A DNA stretch of 64,000 bases. Origin: an uncultured Eubacteriales bacterium (lineage in GTDB: Bacteria > Bacillota > Clostridia > Christensenellales > QALW01). This document shows, piece after piece, positions 1 to 9,981 of this stretch; the stretch's first letter is position 1, and the number at the start of each line of letters is the position of its first letter. The notes under the pieces were generated by a model that saw only the letters and a program-made list of their open reading frames with translations, searched no databases and was not told where the DNA came from. Location: assembly GCA_900547955.1 (NCBI GenBank), contig URIR01000003.1, positions 11,711-75,710 of the forward strand. Reading direction: 5' to 3'. The translations under genes and the position numbers were made by a program.

Positions 1-1426
1 TTATGACCGTGGATTCTTCCTTAATTATATCCATAACCTTCTGTTCGTTGGCAAGCACCTTCTGGCAGTAGGCTATAAAGCGGCGCTTTTCCTCCAATTC
101 CTCGGTCAGGCGGGATAATTCCAGACCAGTCAAGCGGTGCAGACGCATATCCAGTATACTTTTTGCCTGTTCATTTGAAAATTCCAGTTCGTCTACCAGC
201 CGCGTCCGGGCTATTTCGTAATTCTGGCTGGAACGGATTAAGGCTATAACCTGGTCTATTATGTCCAGCGCTTTTATAAGGCCTTCTAAAATGTGCGCGC
301 GGGCCAGGGCTTTATCCAAATCGTACTGGGTGCGGCGGCGGATAACCTCTTTCTGGTGTTCAAGGTAATAATAGAGCATCTGTTTAAGGTTGAGTATTCT
401 GGGCTCGCCGTCTACCAGCGCCAGCATAATAGCGCCGAAGGTTTCCTGGAGCTGGGTATGCTTATAGAGATAATTGAGCACTACGGTAGGATTGACGTCC
501 TTTTTCAGCTCCATAACTATGCGCATGCCGTCCTTATTGGATTCATCCCTCAGGGCGCTGAGTCCGTCAAAGCGCTTTTCCTTATACAGCTCGGCAATCT
601 TTTCAACTACCCGAGCCTTATTGACCTGATAGGGCAGCTCGCGTATTATTATGCGCGCGCGGTCGGCGGAGATTTGCTCTATTTCATGCTTGGCTCGAAC
701 CACTATGCGGCCTCGGCCGGTCAGATAGGTTTCCCGTATGCCGGCTAGTCCCAATATGCTTCCGCCGGTGGGAAAATCAGGGCCGGTTATATGCTCCATC
801 AGCTCTTCTACGGTTATATCCGGGTTATCTATAAGCGCTATAAGGCCTTTAATGGTTTCGCGCAGGTTATGCGGGGGAATATTTGTAGCCATGCCTACGG
901 CTATGCCGTCAGAGCCGTTCACTAAAAGATTGGGGAAGCGGGAGGGCAGCACCTTGGGCTGAAGCTCTGTTTCGTCGAAGTTGGGATAAAAATCCACAGT
1001 TTCCTTATCGATATCCGCCAGCATTTCGGCTGAAATCTTAGAAAGCTTAGCTTCGGTGTAGCGGGAGGCTGCCGGCGGGTCGCCGTCTACCGTGCCGAAA
1101 TTGCCCTGGCCCTGAACAAGCATATAGCGTATGGAAAAATCCTGGGCCAGACGAGCCAGCGCGTCGTATATGGAGCTGTCGCCGTGGGGATGATATTTAC
1201 CCATAACGTCGCCGACGATACGCGCGCTTTTGCGGGTGGGCTTATCGTTATACAGGCCCATTTCGTGCATGGAATAGAGTATTCGCCTGTGTACAGGCTT
1301 AAGACCGTCCCTTACGTCGGGCAGGGCGCGGCTTATATTGACTGCCATGGCGTAGGATATAAAGGATTTTTTTATCTCGTCCTCAATATCTACGTTAATT
1401 GTACGATTATGCAGATTATTCTCCAA
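1..1426 (-). CDS. gyrA: DNA gyrase subunit A, 5' part (gene runs off the left edge)
   Basis: The minus-strand frame is open from TTG at 1426 to the window edge, with GGAGGA about 8 nt upstream at 1434-1439. The translation [58 protein letters not shown]...[30 protein letters not shown]...[10 protein letters not shown] matches the conserved GyrA N-terminus. It is absent from the ORF track because it is truncated. Confidence 0.93.
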   Translation of the reverse strand, partial: MENNLHNRTINVDIEDEIKKSFISYAMAVNISRALPDVRDGLKPVHRRILYSMHEMGLYNDKPTRKSARIVGDVMGKYHPHGDSSIYDALARLAQDFSIRYMLVQGQGNFGTVDGDPPAASRYTEAKLSKISAEMLADIDKETVDFYPNFDETELQPKVLPSRFPNLLVNGSDGIAVGMATNIPPHNLRETIKGLIALIDNPDITVEELMEHITGPDFPTGGSILGLAGIRETYLTGRGRIVVRAKHEIEQISADRARIIIRELPYQVNKARVVEKIAELYKEKRFDGLSALRDESNKDGMRIVMELKKDVNPTVVLNYLYKHTQLQETFGAIMLALVDGEPRILNLKQMLYYYLEHQKEVIRRRTQYDLDKALARAHILEGLIKALDIIDQVIALIRSSQNYEIARTRLVDELEFSNEQAKSILDMRLHRLTGLELSRLTEELEEKRRFIAYCQKVLANEQKVMDIIKEESTVI

Positions 1427-1498
1427 TTTAATATCCTCCCGGTGTTTTGCTTTAAGTTCGTATATCGCAGAAGCAAAAAAGCCTCTTTAACTATTTGA

Positions 1499-1650
1499 AG
1501 CCGCGGTCGCGCGCAGGGGCGCGGGCGGGTGTGATATGTATGGGCGGCGCGCGGGCGGTTTAGTCCGCGCGGGCCCAGTCCCCGCCCGCAGGGCGGGGAC
1601 TCTTTAGAGGGCGGGGCGCCCCCTTTTTTCTTTTAATGCTGGCGCCTATG
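1499..1650. repeat. GC-rich palindromic spacer between gyrB and gyrA
   Basis: Perfect hairpin gtccccgccc-gca-gggcggggac at 1578-1600. It is immediately followed by the motif ctctttagagggcggggcgccccc (1600-1623) and a T-run. gyrB and gyrA are usually closely spaced; here the spacer is 270 bp. Confidence 0.7.
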
Positions 1651-1696
1651 CCATAGTGAAATTTATTTTCCGGCACGCGGAGCGCTGCATATACGG

Positions 1697-3604
1697 TCAG
1701 ATATCAAGGTCGGCTACAAGCAGAGCGTTCTGCTCTATAAATTCGCGCCGCGGCTCTACCTGGTCTCCCATCAGTATGGTAAATATCTGGTCGGCCGCCA
1801 TAGCGTCGTCTAATGTCACCTTAAGCAGCGTTCTGGTTGCGGGATTCATGGTGGTTTCCCAAAGCTGCTCTGCGTTCATTTCGCCCAATCCCTTATAGCG
1901 CTGCACCTCGTAATTCTGTCTGTCTATGGATTCAAGATATTGGTTCAGCTCTGTGTCATTGTAAAAATAGCTTATTTGCTTTGTGCGGGTCAGCGTCACT
2001 TTGAAGAGCGGCGGCTGGGCAATGTATACATAACCCTCCTCTATAAGCTTGGGCATATGCCGGAAAAAGAAGGTTAAAAGCAGGGTGCGTATATGGCTTC
2101 CGTCCACATCGGCGTCCGTCATGCATATTATCTTATGATAGCGCAGCTTTTCAGCATTGAACTCTACGTCTATGCCGGCGCCGAATGCGGTTATCATGGC
2201 CCGTATTTCGGCATTTTGAAGCATCTTGTCCAGCCGGGTGCGCTCTACGTTTAATATTTTGCCGCGCAGGGGAAGTATGGCCTGGAATTTGCTGTCGCGG
2301 CCCTGCTTTGCGCTTCCGCCCGCGCTGTCCCCCTCTACTATGAATATTTCGCAGTTTTCTGGATGGTTGTCCGAGCAGTCTGCCAGCTTGCCGGGCAGCG
2401 CGTTGGATTCCAGCACGTTTTTGCGCCGGGTAAGCTCTCTCGCCTTGCGCGCGGCCTCCCGCGCTCTGTTGGCCGTCAGGCATTTGTCTATTATGGCCCG
2501 CGCTTCATCCGGATGCTCTTCCAAAAATGCGTCCAGCGTGCTGCCCACCACGTTATCTACCAGCGAACGGAATTCCGAATTGCCCAGCTTGGTTTTAGTC
2601 TGTCCTTCAAACTGCGGCTCCTCCAATTTAACGCTTATAACCGCTACCAGCCCTTCGCGCACATCCTCGCCCGACAGGGAAGCCTCGTTGCTTTTTAGCA
2701 TATGGTGCCGCTTAGCGTAGTCGTTGACCACTCTAGTCAAGGCCGTCTTAAAGCCCTGAAGATGAGTGCCTCCCTCGTGAGTAGCTATATTGTTTGCGTA
2801 GGTATATATTAATTCATTATAGTTGTCGTTGTACTGCATGGCCACTTCCACTATGGAGGCGCCCTTGTCTCCTTCCATATAAAGCGGCTCGGGAGTCAGT
2901 GCATTCTTGTTCTTATTTAAATATTTAACAAATTCTATTATGCCGCCCTCATAATGAAATTCATCCTGGCGCCCTTCGCCGCGTTCATCCTTAATGCGTA
3001 TGCGTATGCCTTTATTCAAAAAGGCCAGCTCGCGCAGCCGGCTGCGTATTGTCTCGTAATTGAATTCTACTGTTTCAAATATCTCGCTGTCCGGCCGGAA
3101 ACGCTCATAGGTGCCCGTGCTTTGACATTCACCTATCACGGTAAGCTCATTAATGGGGTCTCCCCGGCGGTAATCCTGGGAGTATATTTTGCCGTTCCGG
3201 CTTATCTCCACATGCAGCTCCTCGCTCAGGGCGTTGACTACGCTCATGCCTACGCCGTGCAGGCCGCCTGAAACCTTATAACCGCCGCCGCCGAATTTAC
3301 CGCCCGCGTGCAGGATGGTCATGGCTACCTCTACGGCGGGCTTATGGTATTTTTCGTGCATATCTACCGGTATGCCGCGGCCGTTGTCCCGCACGCTTAC
3401 CGTTCCGTCTGCGTGCAGAATAACCTCTATGGTATCGCAGTAGCCTGCCAGCGCTTCGTCTATGCTGTTGTCCACCAGCTCGGTGACGAGGTGATGCAGG
3501 CCTCTTTCGTCAGTAGAGCCTATATACATTCCCGGCCTGCGGCGTACTGCCTCCAGCCCTTCCAGCACCTGAATTTGAGAAGCATCGTAATTGTTTTGCT
3601 GCAT
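1697..3604 (-). CDS. gyrB: DNA gyrase subunit B
   Basis: 635-aa ORF with the N-terminal ATPase signature [25 protein letters not shown], the Toprim [14 protein letters not shown] motif and the C-terminal [15 protein letters not shown]. Confidence 0.98.
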   Translation of the reverse strand: MQQNNYDASQIQVLEGLEAVRRRPGMYIGSTDERGLHHLVTELVDNSIDEALAGYCDTIEVILHADGTVSVRDNGRGIPVDMHEKYHKPAVEVAMTILHAGGKFGGGGYKVSGGLHGVGMSVVNALSEELHVEISRNGKIYSQDYRRGDPINELTVIGECQSTGTYERFRPDSEIFETVEFNYETIRSRLRELAFLNKGIRIRIKDERGEGRQDEFHYEGGIIEFVKYLNKNKNALTPEPLYMEGDKGASIVEVAMQYNDNYNELIYTYANNIATHEGGTHLQGFKTALTRVVNDYAKRHHMLKSNEASLSGEDVREGLVAVISVKLEEPQFEGQTKTKLGNSEFRSLVDNVVGSTLDAFLEEHPDEARAIIDKCLTANRAREAARKARELTRRKNVLESNALPGKLADCSDNHPENCEIFIVEGDSAGGSAKQGRDSKFQAILPLRGKILNVERTRLDKMLQNAEIRAMITAFGAGIDVEFNAEKLRYHKIICMTDADVDGSHIRTLLLTFFFRHMPKLIEEGYVYIAQPPLFKVTLTRTKQISYFYNDTELNQYLESIDRQNYEVQRYKGLGEMNAEQLWETTMNPATRTLLKVTLDDAMAADQIFTILMGDQVEPRREFIEQNALLVADLDI

Positions 3605-3641
3605 TATAATTAATCCCTTCCTTAATATTGCTTCCTGAGCA

Positions 3642-3887
3642 TTACATTCCCGCCCGCTGAATAATGGTCTGCGCGGTTATGGGGGAAAGATAAAAGACGT
3701 ATCCCCGCTTATCGGCCGTCAGTATTCCGCATTTATAAGGAGGCGGGCCTATTTCTATCAGAAAGCCCTCCTCCCTGGAAATCTTTATAAAGTCTTGGGT
3801 ATCTTCAGTCAGCTCACCGTTCAGCTCAAGCACGGCTACGATTTTTTTTTGAAGCACGCTGACGTCTCCGCCCAGATGGACAAGCAT
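3642..3887 (-). CDS. DUF370 / RemB-like small protein
   Basis: 81 aa. The [11 protein letters not shown]...[13 protein letters not shown] pattern and the position directly upstream of gyrB are typical of the Firmicutes DUF370 gene. Confidence 0.8.
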   Translation of the reverse strand: MLVHLGGDVSVLQKKIVAVLELNGELTEDTQDFIKISREEGFLIEIGPPPYKCGILTADKRGYVFYLSPITAQTIIQRAGM

Positions 3888-4293
3888 ACGCTATTCCTTT
3901 CCCGGCTTAAACGCCGGATTATTAAAGCAAATTGAAAAAAGCAGTTGAAAGGCTGAACCGTTAAAAAACAGCAACCTTATTATATTTTTTATTATAGCAT
4001 ATTTTCATGCTTCTGTCTTGTGATTTTTGAAAAAACCCATGTTAAATATGGCGTAAAAGTCATTTTAAGCACTCAGACCCTTTTTAAGCATGAGCGCAAA
4101 TACTCCACCGTATGCCAAAGAGGAAAAAACGCCTGAGGGGCATATGCGCGGCATTGGGAGGGGCGGAGGAAGGAAGCTTTTGTATTGTAAAACAAAACGG
4201 ACGAAGAGACATATCGGTACGAAATAGGCGAACGATATATGCGTATAGTCAAAGAGCGGTAAAGAAAGCCGCGTTGCCGCGGACGCTCCCCAT

Positions 4294-4330
4294 ATTAATA
4301 AAAGGACGGCTGCGCCGTCCTTTTATTAAT
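4294..4330. terminator. Bidirectional intrinsic terminator downstream of pepF
   Basis: Perfect 16-bp stem attaataaaaggacgg / ccgtccttttattaat with loop ctgcg. The GC core is flanked by an A4 tract and a T4 tract. Confidence 0.6.
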
Positions 4331-4342
4331 ACAGGGGAGCCG

Positions 4343-4387
4343 AAGGGGGCGGCCGGGGCACAACGCGCCCCGACTCGCCCCCTTTTT
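4343..4387. repeat. GC-rich nested hairpin
   Basis: Outer stem aagggggcg (4343-4351) pairs with cgccccctt (4376-4384). It encloses cggggc...gccccg and is followed by T5. Confidence 0.5.
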
Positions 4388-4424
4388 GCTGTGCTTCGCC
4401 CAAACGCTCGAGGCTTAAAGCGGC

Positions 4425-6143
4425 TTAGGGAATCAGCTGGGCGTTGCGCCTGAGCAGCTCCATATACGAAGGGCCTACAATTTGTCTGAGCGCGCCTTCC
4501 TTAAAGGGCGAATCCAGCCCCATTTCCTCAAGCAGCTGAGGATAGGTGAACTGCGCGCCCTTTTGGACCAGCTTCATATATGTCTCCAGTCCCGCATTAT
4601 AATCCTCCCGCATTATATTGAGCAGCATGAACGCCGCAGACTGAGCCAGGCAGTAATCTATATAATAGAAGGGGTGCATGTAGATATGCAGCTGCCGCTG
4701 CCACCAGCCGCCCTTTGCGAAATAGCATATATCGCCGTAATCTATATCGGGACGGTAGGCGCTTTCCAGCTTCAGCCATTCCTCATGCCGCTCCTGTGGA
4801 GTCAGCTCAGGATTGTCGTAAACTATGTGCTGGAATCTGTCCACCATGCAGCCGTAGGGCAGGAAGATTATTGCGTCTGCAAGATGCTGATAGATGAATT
4901 TATCCTTTTTCTCCCCGAAAAACAGTCCCATATAGGGGTAAGTCATAAATTCCATGCCCATGGAATGAATTTCGGCTATATCGTAGGAGGGCTCTTCCTG
5001 CTCGATATATTTGACCTTTCGAAGGGATATATAGCTGTTAAGGGCATGCCCGCATTCGTGGGTGAGCACCTCTACGTCTCCTGCCGTGCCGTTGAAATTG
5101 GCAAAAACAAAGGGCGCCATAAAGTCGGGGATGCTGGTGCAGTAGCCTCCGCTGGCCTTGCCGTCCCTGCTCAGAACGTCAAACAGCCCGTTGGAGAGCA
5201 TAAATTCTATAAATTCAGCCGTGAGGGGAGAAAGCTCGGTATACATTTTCCGGCCCTTCTCGAATATTTCCTCAGGGGTTCCCTGAGGGCGGGGGTTGCC
5301 CTCCTTAAAGCTCAGGGAGCGGTCCCATATCATTGCGTCCTCTATGCCGTTGCGGTCGTGCTGAAGCTTTATAAGATGGGTAGCCAGGGGCACTATCTCT
5401 CTGCGTACCTGCTCGCAAAAGGCTTCGGTTTCCTTCCGGCCGTAGTCGGCCCGTTTAAGGCGGCAGTAGGCCATGTCGGTAAAGCTGTCAAAACCCAGCT
5501 TTTTGGCCATGCGGGTGCGGGTTTTCACCAGCTTGTCAAATATTTCGTCCAGTTTTGCGCCGTTTTCTTCCATGAATTTGCTTTCTGCTTCCCATGCGCG
5601 CCGGCGTATTTCCCTGTCCGGGTTTTGTTTAAAGGGTGTGAGCCGGCTTAAATTGACCGTTTGCCCGTCAAAGGGAATCTGAGCCGAGGCTATGAGCCTT
5701 TGATATTCGCTCTGAAGCCGGTTCTCTTCAGCCATATCTTCGGCAATTTCGGGAGAAAACGCCTTTTGGGCCAGCCGTGCGTTAAGAAAATAGGTTTCTC
5801 CCAGTTCTCTGCGAGCCAGCTCCTGAAATGGAGAATTCATTACTGCGCGGCTGAGGTCGGTGGAAAGCTGCTCCGCCGAGGGCATGTTCTGGTCGTAATA
5901 GTCGTTTTCCGCGCTGTAGAATTCGTCCTGGGTATTTATAGTGTGACGGATATAGCAGATATTGTACATGGTAGATAATCGGCGCTTAAAATGGTCCGCC
6001 TGCTTGAGCAGCTCCAGAAATTCCTCGGGGCTTTGCGCGGAACAAAGCTTTTCAGGGATGGAGGAGATTTCGGGCGGTATGGGCGTAAGAGGCACTCTTT
6101 GATATTGATAATCGTCAAATTTCATTGGGTTAATCCTTTCCAT
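4425..6143 (-). CDS. pepF: Oligoendopeptidase F family (M3B) zinc metallopeptidase
   Basis: 572-aa ORF with an HExxH zinc site (LTHECGHALNSY). Length and overall pattern fit M3B oligoendopeptidases. Confidence 0.88.
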   Translation of the reverse strand: MERINPMKFDDYQYQRVPLTPIPPEISSIPEKLCSAQSPEEFLELLKQADHFKRRLSTMYNICYIRHTINTQDEFYSAENDYYDQNMPSAEQLSTDLSRAVMNSPFQELARRELGETYFLNARLAQKAFSPEIAEDMAEENRLQSEYQRLIASAQIPFDGQTVNLSRLTPFKQNPDREIRRRAWEAESKFMEENGAKLDEIFDKLVKTRTRMAKKLGFDSFTDMAYCRLKRADYGRKETEAFCEQVRREIVPLATHLIKLQHDRNGIEDAMIWDRSLSFKEGNPRPQGTPEEIFEKGRKMYTELSPLTAEFIEFMLSNGLFDVLSRDGKASGGYCTSIPDFMAPFVFANFNGTAGDVEVLTHECGHALNSYISLRKVKYIEQEEPSYDIAEIHSMGMEFMTYPYMGLFFGEKKDKFIYQHLADAIIFLPYGCMVDRFQHIVYDNPELTPQERHEEWLKLESAYRPDIDYGDICYFAKGGWWQRQLHIYMHPFYYIDYCLAQSAAFMLLNIMREDYNAGLETYMKLVQKGAQFTYPQLLEEMGLDSPFKEGALRQIVGPSYMELLRRNAQLIP

Positions 6144-6162
6144 GCGCCAAATGGCGCGCCAT

Positions 6163-6247
6163 AGATAATATAATCAAAAGGGCAATGCGTTTTTAAAAGG
6201 ATATTGTTTTGTTTGTCCTGGGACGCATTGTATTTTGATTTTATTGA
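6163..6247. mobile_element. Miniature (85 bp) derivative of MITE family 1, TA-flanked
   Basis: Termini gataatataatcaaaagggcaatgcg and cgcattgtattttgattttattgat are inverted repeats related to the ends of the 276-284 bp copies. A TA dinucleotide lies on both sides (6161-6162 and 6248-6249). Confidence 0.55.
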
Positions 6248-6334
6248 TTAAATGATATAGTATTATATATTATATGTGTATGCAATAATTATATCTGGAT
6301 AAAAATTAACCAATTATTAACATTTGAGCGGGCG

Positions 6335-6426
6335 GGGGCCGGCGTTTGGCAGGCGCCGCAGGCGCCTGCCTGGGCCGGGCGCTGCCGCGCCCGGCCTGCG
6401 GCCGTACGGCCGCAAACGCCGGCCCC
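6335..6426. repeat. GC-rich cloverleaf palindrome (four-way junction), member 1
   Basis: Outer stem ggggccggcgttt (6335-6347) pairs with aaacgccggcccc (6414-6426). It encloses three perfect hairpins: ggcaggcgcc-gca-ggcgcctgcc (6348-6370), ggccgggcgc-tgcc-gcgcccggcc (6373-6396) and tgcggccg-ta-cggccgca (6397-6414). Confidence 0.85.
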
Positions 6427-6502
6427 GCAGAATAAAGCCGGGAAGAACGCTCAAAGATATAGCCCTGCTAGAAAGCGCAAAGCGGGCGGGATTATATAAT
6501 AA

Positions 6503-6594
6503 GGCGCCCCTGCCGCCGCGCAGCGTGCGGCGGCAGGGGCGCCCGGGCGCGCGTAAAACGCGCGCCCTCCTTTAAAGGGCGGGGCGTCCCCGCG
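6503..6594. repeat. Two perfect GC hairpins plus the CCTTTAAAGGGCGGGGCG motif
   Basis: A 17-bp stem ggcgcccctgccgccgc / gcggcggcaggggcgcc at 6503-6543, a 9-bp stem gggcgcgcg-taaaa-cgcgcgccc at 6545-6567, and the motif at 6565-6591. Confidence 0.8.
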
Positions 6595-6710
6595 ATTAAC
6601 GCATAAGCCTTCTAGAAAAGAAATTTTCAACCGTTTCAGCTTAAAAAACCTTTGTATTCTCCTTAAAACCCGTTTGTAATAAAAAATTTAAGAAAAATTA
6701 AAAAAACCGC

Positions 6711-6739
6711 TTGCCAAGCGCGGATTTTTATTGTAATAT
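6711..6739 (+). promoter_or_regulatory. Candidate sigma-A promoter of the S10 operon
   Basis: TTGCCA (6711-6716), a 17-nt spacer, then TAATAT (6734-6739). This lies about 185 nt upstream of rpsJ. Confidence 0.5.
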
Positions 6740-6923
6740 AAAAAAGCCGCAAAACGCGCCGAATGCGGCAAAACGGTATGAAGCGGGAGGTTGCCGGAAT
6801 AATCCGGGTAATTTCCGCGGACAATTGTCCGATAATCGGACGACAGGCCAAATGGCCGCTTTAAAAATTTAAAAGCGGCACACACGGAAACGTGTATTTG
6901 AGCTTACAAGGAGGTTTATTTTA

Positions 6924-7232
6924 ATGGCAAGTCAGAAGATCAGAATCAATCTTAAGTCGTATGACCACAATCTGGTGGACCAGACAGCGGCCAGGATAGT
7001 GGAGACCGCCAACAGGACAGGCGCAACTGTTTCAGGTCCCATACCGCTGCCTACAGAAAAAGAAGTAGTTACTATCCTGCGCTCCCCTCATAAATATAAG
7101 GACAGCCGGGAGCAGTTTGAAATGCGTACCCATAAGCGTCTCATCGACATCTATAACGCCGGCAGCAAGACGGTCGAAGCGCTTACAAAGCTTGATCCTC
7201 CCGCAGGCGTGGATATCAAGATAAAGCTCTAA
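6924..7232 (+). CDS. rpsJ: 30S ribosomal protein S10
   Basis: The 102-aa translation ([17 protein letters not shown]...) matches uS10. An AAGGAGG RBS is present and it is the first gene of the conserved S10 order. Confidence 0.98.
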   Translation: MASQKIRINLKSYDHNLVDQTAARIVETANRTGATVSGPIPLPTEKEVVTILRSPHKYKDSREQFEMRTHKRLIDIYNAGSKTVEALTKLDPPAGVDIKIKL

Positions 7233-7250
7233 GGGCGGAGGTGACGGAAT

Positions 7251-7883
7251 ATGAAAAAAGCTATATTGGGAAAAAAGCTGGGCATGACCCAGATATTTAA
7301 AGAGGACGGCACGGTAGTTCCCGTTACTGTCATCCAGGCGGGGCCGTGTACGGTAATTCAAAAGAAAACTGTTGAAAACGACGGCTATGACGCCTTGAAG
7401 GTAGGCTTCGGCGAGATACGCGAAAAGTTAGTCAATAAGCCGGACGCCGGACAGTTCAAAAAAGCAGGCGTGCCCGCTATGCGCTATGTTAGGGAGCTTC
7501 GCCTGGACGACTGCTCGGGCTATGAAATAGGACAGGCCATTACCTGCGACGTTTTTGCTCAGGGCGACCGCGTGGACGTTACCGCCCGCAGCAAGGGCCA
7601 CGGCTTCTCGGGCGTTATTCAGCGCTGGAACCAGCATACCGGCCCTATGGCTCACGGCTCGGGCTATCACCGCGGCGTAGGCTCCATGGGCGCCAATTCT
7701 TCTCCCAGCAGGGTGTTTAAGAATAAGCATATGCCTGGACATTGGGGAAACGAGCGGGTGACGATACTCAATCTTGAAGTGGCCCGCGTGGACGCTGAAA
7801 GAGGCGTTATACTGCTTAAGGGCGCCGTGCCCGGAGCAGACGGCGCGTTAGTAACCATTCGCCAGTCGGTCAAGAGCAAATAA
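7251..7883 (+). CDS. rplC: 50S ribosomal protein L3
   Basis: 210 aa; [16 protein letters not shown]... matches uL3; conserved order. Confidence 0.98.
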   Translation: MKKAILGKKLGMTQIFKEDGTVVPVTVIQAGPCTVIQKKTVENDGYDALKVGFGEIREKLVNKPDAGQFKKAGVPAMRYVRELRLDDCSGYEIGQAITCDVFAQGDRVDVTARSKGHGFSGVIQRWNQHTGPMAHGSGYHRGVGSMGANSSPSRVFKNKHMPGHWGNERVTILNLEVARVDAERGVILLKGAVPGADGALVTIRQSVKSK

Positions 7884-7900
7884 GCAAGGAGGTTATTTAA

Positions 7901-8524
7901 ATGCCTAAAGTAGCTGTCTACAATCTCGAAGGCTCGCAGACGGGCGAGCTTACGTTGAGCGATGAGATATTCGCTTCAGATATAAATAAGGCGGTCATAC
8001 ATTCAGTTGTGCGCGCGCAGCTGGCCAATAAGCGCCAGGGCACAAAGAGCACCCTGACCCGCACCGAAGTCCGCGGCGGCGGCAAGAAGCCTTACCGCCA
8101 GAAGGGAACGGGCCGCGCCCGCCAGGGCTCTACGCGCGCTCCCCAGTTCACAAAGGGCGGCGTAGTTTTTGCGCCCAAGCCCCGTTCCTTCAGAATAAAT
8201 GTTCCCAAGAAGGTTAAGCGCCTCGCGCTTAAGGGCGTGCTTACCGATAAGGTGGTAAACGATTCCTTTATAGTGGTTGAGGACCTGAATCTGGCCGCTC
8301 CCAAGACTAAGGAGATGGTTAAGGTGCTGGCTAACCTCAAAATGGAGGGCAAGACCCTTATCGTGCTGAGCGCTCCCGACGAGACGGTTCAGCGCGCCGC
8401 CGGAAATCTTCCCACGGCCGCCGTTACATTGGTAAACACCCTCAACGTGGTGGATATGCTCAAGGCGGATAAGCTGCTCCTTACAAAGGAAGCGGTTGAG
8501 CGGATTGAGGAGGTGTACGCGTAA
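7901..8524 (+). CDS. rplD: 50S ribosomal protein L4
   Basis: 207 aa; uL4 pattern ([19 protein letters not shown]); conserved order. Confidence 0.98.
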   Translation: MPKVAVYNLEGSQTGELTLSDEIFASDINKAVIHSVVRAQLANKRQGTKSTLTRTEVRGGGKKPYRQKGTGRARQGSTRAPQFTKGGVVFAPKPRSFRINVPKKVKRLALKGVLTDKVVNDSFIVVEDLNLAAPKTKEMVKVLANLKMEGKTLIVLSAPDETVQRAAGNLPTAAVTLVNTLNVVDMLKADKLLLTKEAVERIEEVYA

Positions 8525-8820
8525 TGAAATTTTACGAGGATATTATAAGAAAGCCGGTGCTTTCTGAAAAAACCTACGATATGATAGGGGATAAGCGCTA
8601 TGTTTTCATAGTGGACCGGCGCGCCAATAAGGTGGAGATTAAAAAAGCGGTGGAGAGCATTTTCGACGTGCAGGTAGAAAAGGTGAACACCGTTACCACC
8701 ACCGGCAAGATTAAGCGCATGGGCCGCTCGGAGGGCAGAACCCCCACCACCAAAAAGGCCTATGTAATTTTGAAAAAAGATTCCAAGCCCATTGCGTTCT
8801 TTGAAGGCATGGCTGATTAA
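8524..8820 (+). CDS. rplW: 50S ribosomal protein L23
   Basis: 98 aa; TAATG overlap with rplD; uL23 pattern. Confidence 0.97.
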   Translation: MKFYEDIIRKPVLSEKTYDMIGDKRYVFIVDRRANKVEIKKAVESIFDVQVEKVNTVTTTGKIKRMGRSEGRTPTTKKAYVILKKDSKPIAFFEGMAD

Positions 8821-8841
8821 AAGCAGAGGAGGAATAGCAAA

Positions 8842-9672
8842 ATGGCGATTAAGAAGTATAAGCCTACAAGCCCGGCCAGACGTTTTATGTCCGTCTCCGC
8901 TTTTGAGGAGATAACGGCCAAAAGCCCTGAAAGGTCTCTGCTGGGTAATATCAAGAAAAACGGCGGCCGCAATAACGCCGGCCGTATGACCGTGCGCCAT
9001 CAGGGCGGCGGCAACACCCGCAAGTACAGGATTATTGATTTCAAGCGCGCTAAGGACGGCATTCCCGCCCGCGTGGCCAGTATTGAATATGATCCCAACC
9101 GTTCGGCCAACATCGCGCTGCTGGTCTATAGGGACGGCGAGAAAAGATATATTCTTGCGCCCTACGGCCTGAATGTCAACGATACGCTCTATTCGGGTGC
9201 GGACGCTGATATCAAGGTGGGCAACGCGCTGCCCATATCGGCCATCCCTGTGGGTACCTTAATTCACAATATCGAGCTTACGCCTGGTAAAGGCGGCCAG
9301 CTTGTCCGCTCGGCAGGCAACGCCGCGCAGCTTATGGCTAAGGAGGGCGCTTACGCCCAGGTGCGCCTGCCCAGCGGCGAAGTGCGCATGATATCCATGA
9401 ACTGCCGCGCCACTATCGGCCAGGTAGGCAATCTGGATTATGAAAACGTTTCTATCGGCAAGGCGGGCCGCAAGCGCCATATGGGCGTCCGTCCTACCGT
9501 CCGCGGCGTGGTTATGAACCCGTGCGACCATCCTCACGGCGGCGGCGAAGGCAAGTCCCCCATAGGCCGGCCGGGTCCGGTTACCCCGTGGGGCAAGCCC
9601 ACCTTGGGATACAAGACCCGCGCCAAGAAGAACAAGTCGGATAAATACATTATCAAGCGCCGTAACGGCTAA
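8842..9672 (+). CDS. rplB: 50S ribosomal protein L2
   Basis: 276 aa; uL2 pattern ([16 protein letters not shown]). Confidence 0.98.
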   Translation: MAIKKYKPTSPARRFMSVSAFEEITAKSPERSLLGNIKKNGGRNNAGRMTVRHQGGGNTRKYRIIDFKRAKDGIPARVASIEYDPNRSANIALLVYRDGEKRYILAPYGLNVNDTLYSGADADIKVGNALPISAIPVGTLIHNIELTPGKGGQLVRSAGNAAQLMAKEGAYAQVRLPSGEVRMISMNCRATIGQVGNLDYENVSIGKAGRKRHMGVRPTVRGVVMNPCDHPHGGGEGKSPIGRPGPVTPWGKPTLGYKTRAKKNKSDKYIIKRRNG

Positions 9673-9687
9673 GGAAGGAGTCTAAGC

Positions 9688-9966
9688 ATGAGCAGATCGG
9701 TTAAAAAAGGACCTTATGTAAACGAAAAGCTGCTGGCGAAGATTGTGGCCATGAATGAATCGGGCGAGAAAAAGGTTTTAAAGACCTGGAGCAGAGCTTC
9801 GACTATCTTCCCCGACATGGTGAGCCACACCATTGCCGTTCACGACGGCAGGAAGCATGTACCAGTATATATTACAGAGGATATGGTAGGACATAAGCTG
9901 GGCGAATTCGCTCCGACCCGCACCTTCAGGGGGCATGCCGGTTCGGAGAAATCCTCAGGCAAGTAA
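9688..9966 (+). CDS. rpsS: 30S ribosomal protein S19
   Basis: 92 aa; [11 protein letters not shown]... matches uS19. Confidence 0.98.
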   Translation: MSRSVKKGPYVNEKLLAKIVAMNESGEKKVLKTWSRASTIFPDMVSHTIAVHDGRKHVPVYITEDMVGHKLGEFAPTRTFRGHAGSEKSSGK

Positions 9967-9981
9967 GGAGGAGCATTGAAA

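Noticed and set aside
293-1498. Plus-strand ORFs 293-748, 738-962 and 1184-1498 from the track.
   Set aside because: They lie antisense to the clearly recognisable gyrA reading frame and have no recognisable motifs. They are typical shadow ORFs.
2151-3613. Multiple ORFs overlapping gyrB on either strand. The same applies to overlapping ORFs inside pepF, the carB-dapF ORF, carA, glnA, the 940-aa and 907-aa genes, and the r-protein genes.
   Set aside because: Each is nested within or antisense to a long ORF with unambiguous family motifs. They are GC-driven shadow ORFs.
4112-4453. 113-aa plus-strand ORF rich in Arg, Ala and Gly.
   Set aside because: It spans an intergenic GC-rich hairpin region and the terminator, has no RBS, and its composition is the kind produced by translating GC-rich repeats.
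6335-6426. The cloverleaf elements (also 28417-28504 and 24308-24509) considered as tRNA or tRNA-like genes.
   Set aside because: The loops are only 2-4 nt. There is no anticodon-size loop, no GTTCRA T-loop or D-loop signature, and no linker nucleotides at the junction. The outer stems are 13-45 bp rather than 7 bp.
6324-6575. 83-aa ORF (MSGRGPAFGRRRRRLPGPGAAAPG...).
   Set aside because: It is simply the translation of the cloverleaf and hairpin DNA. It is low complexity and palindrome-derived.
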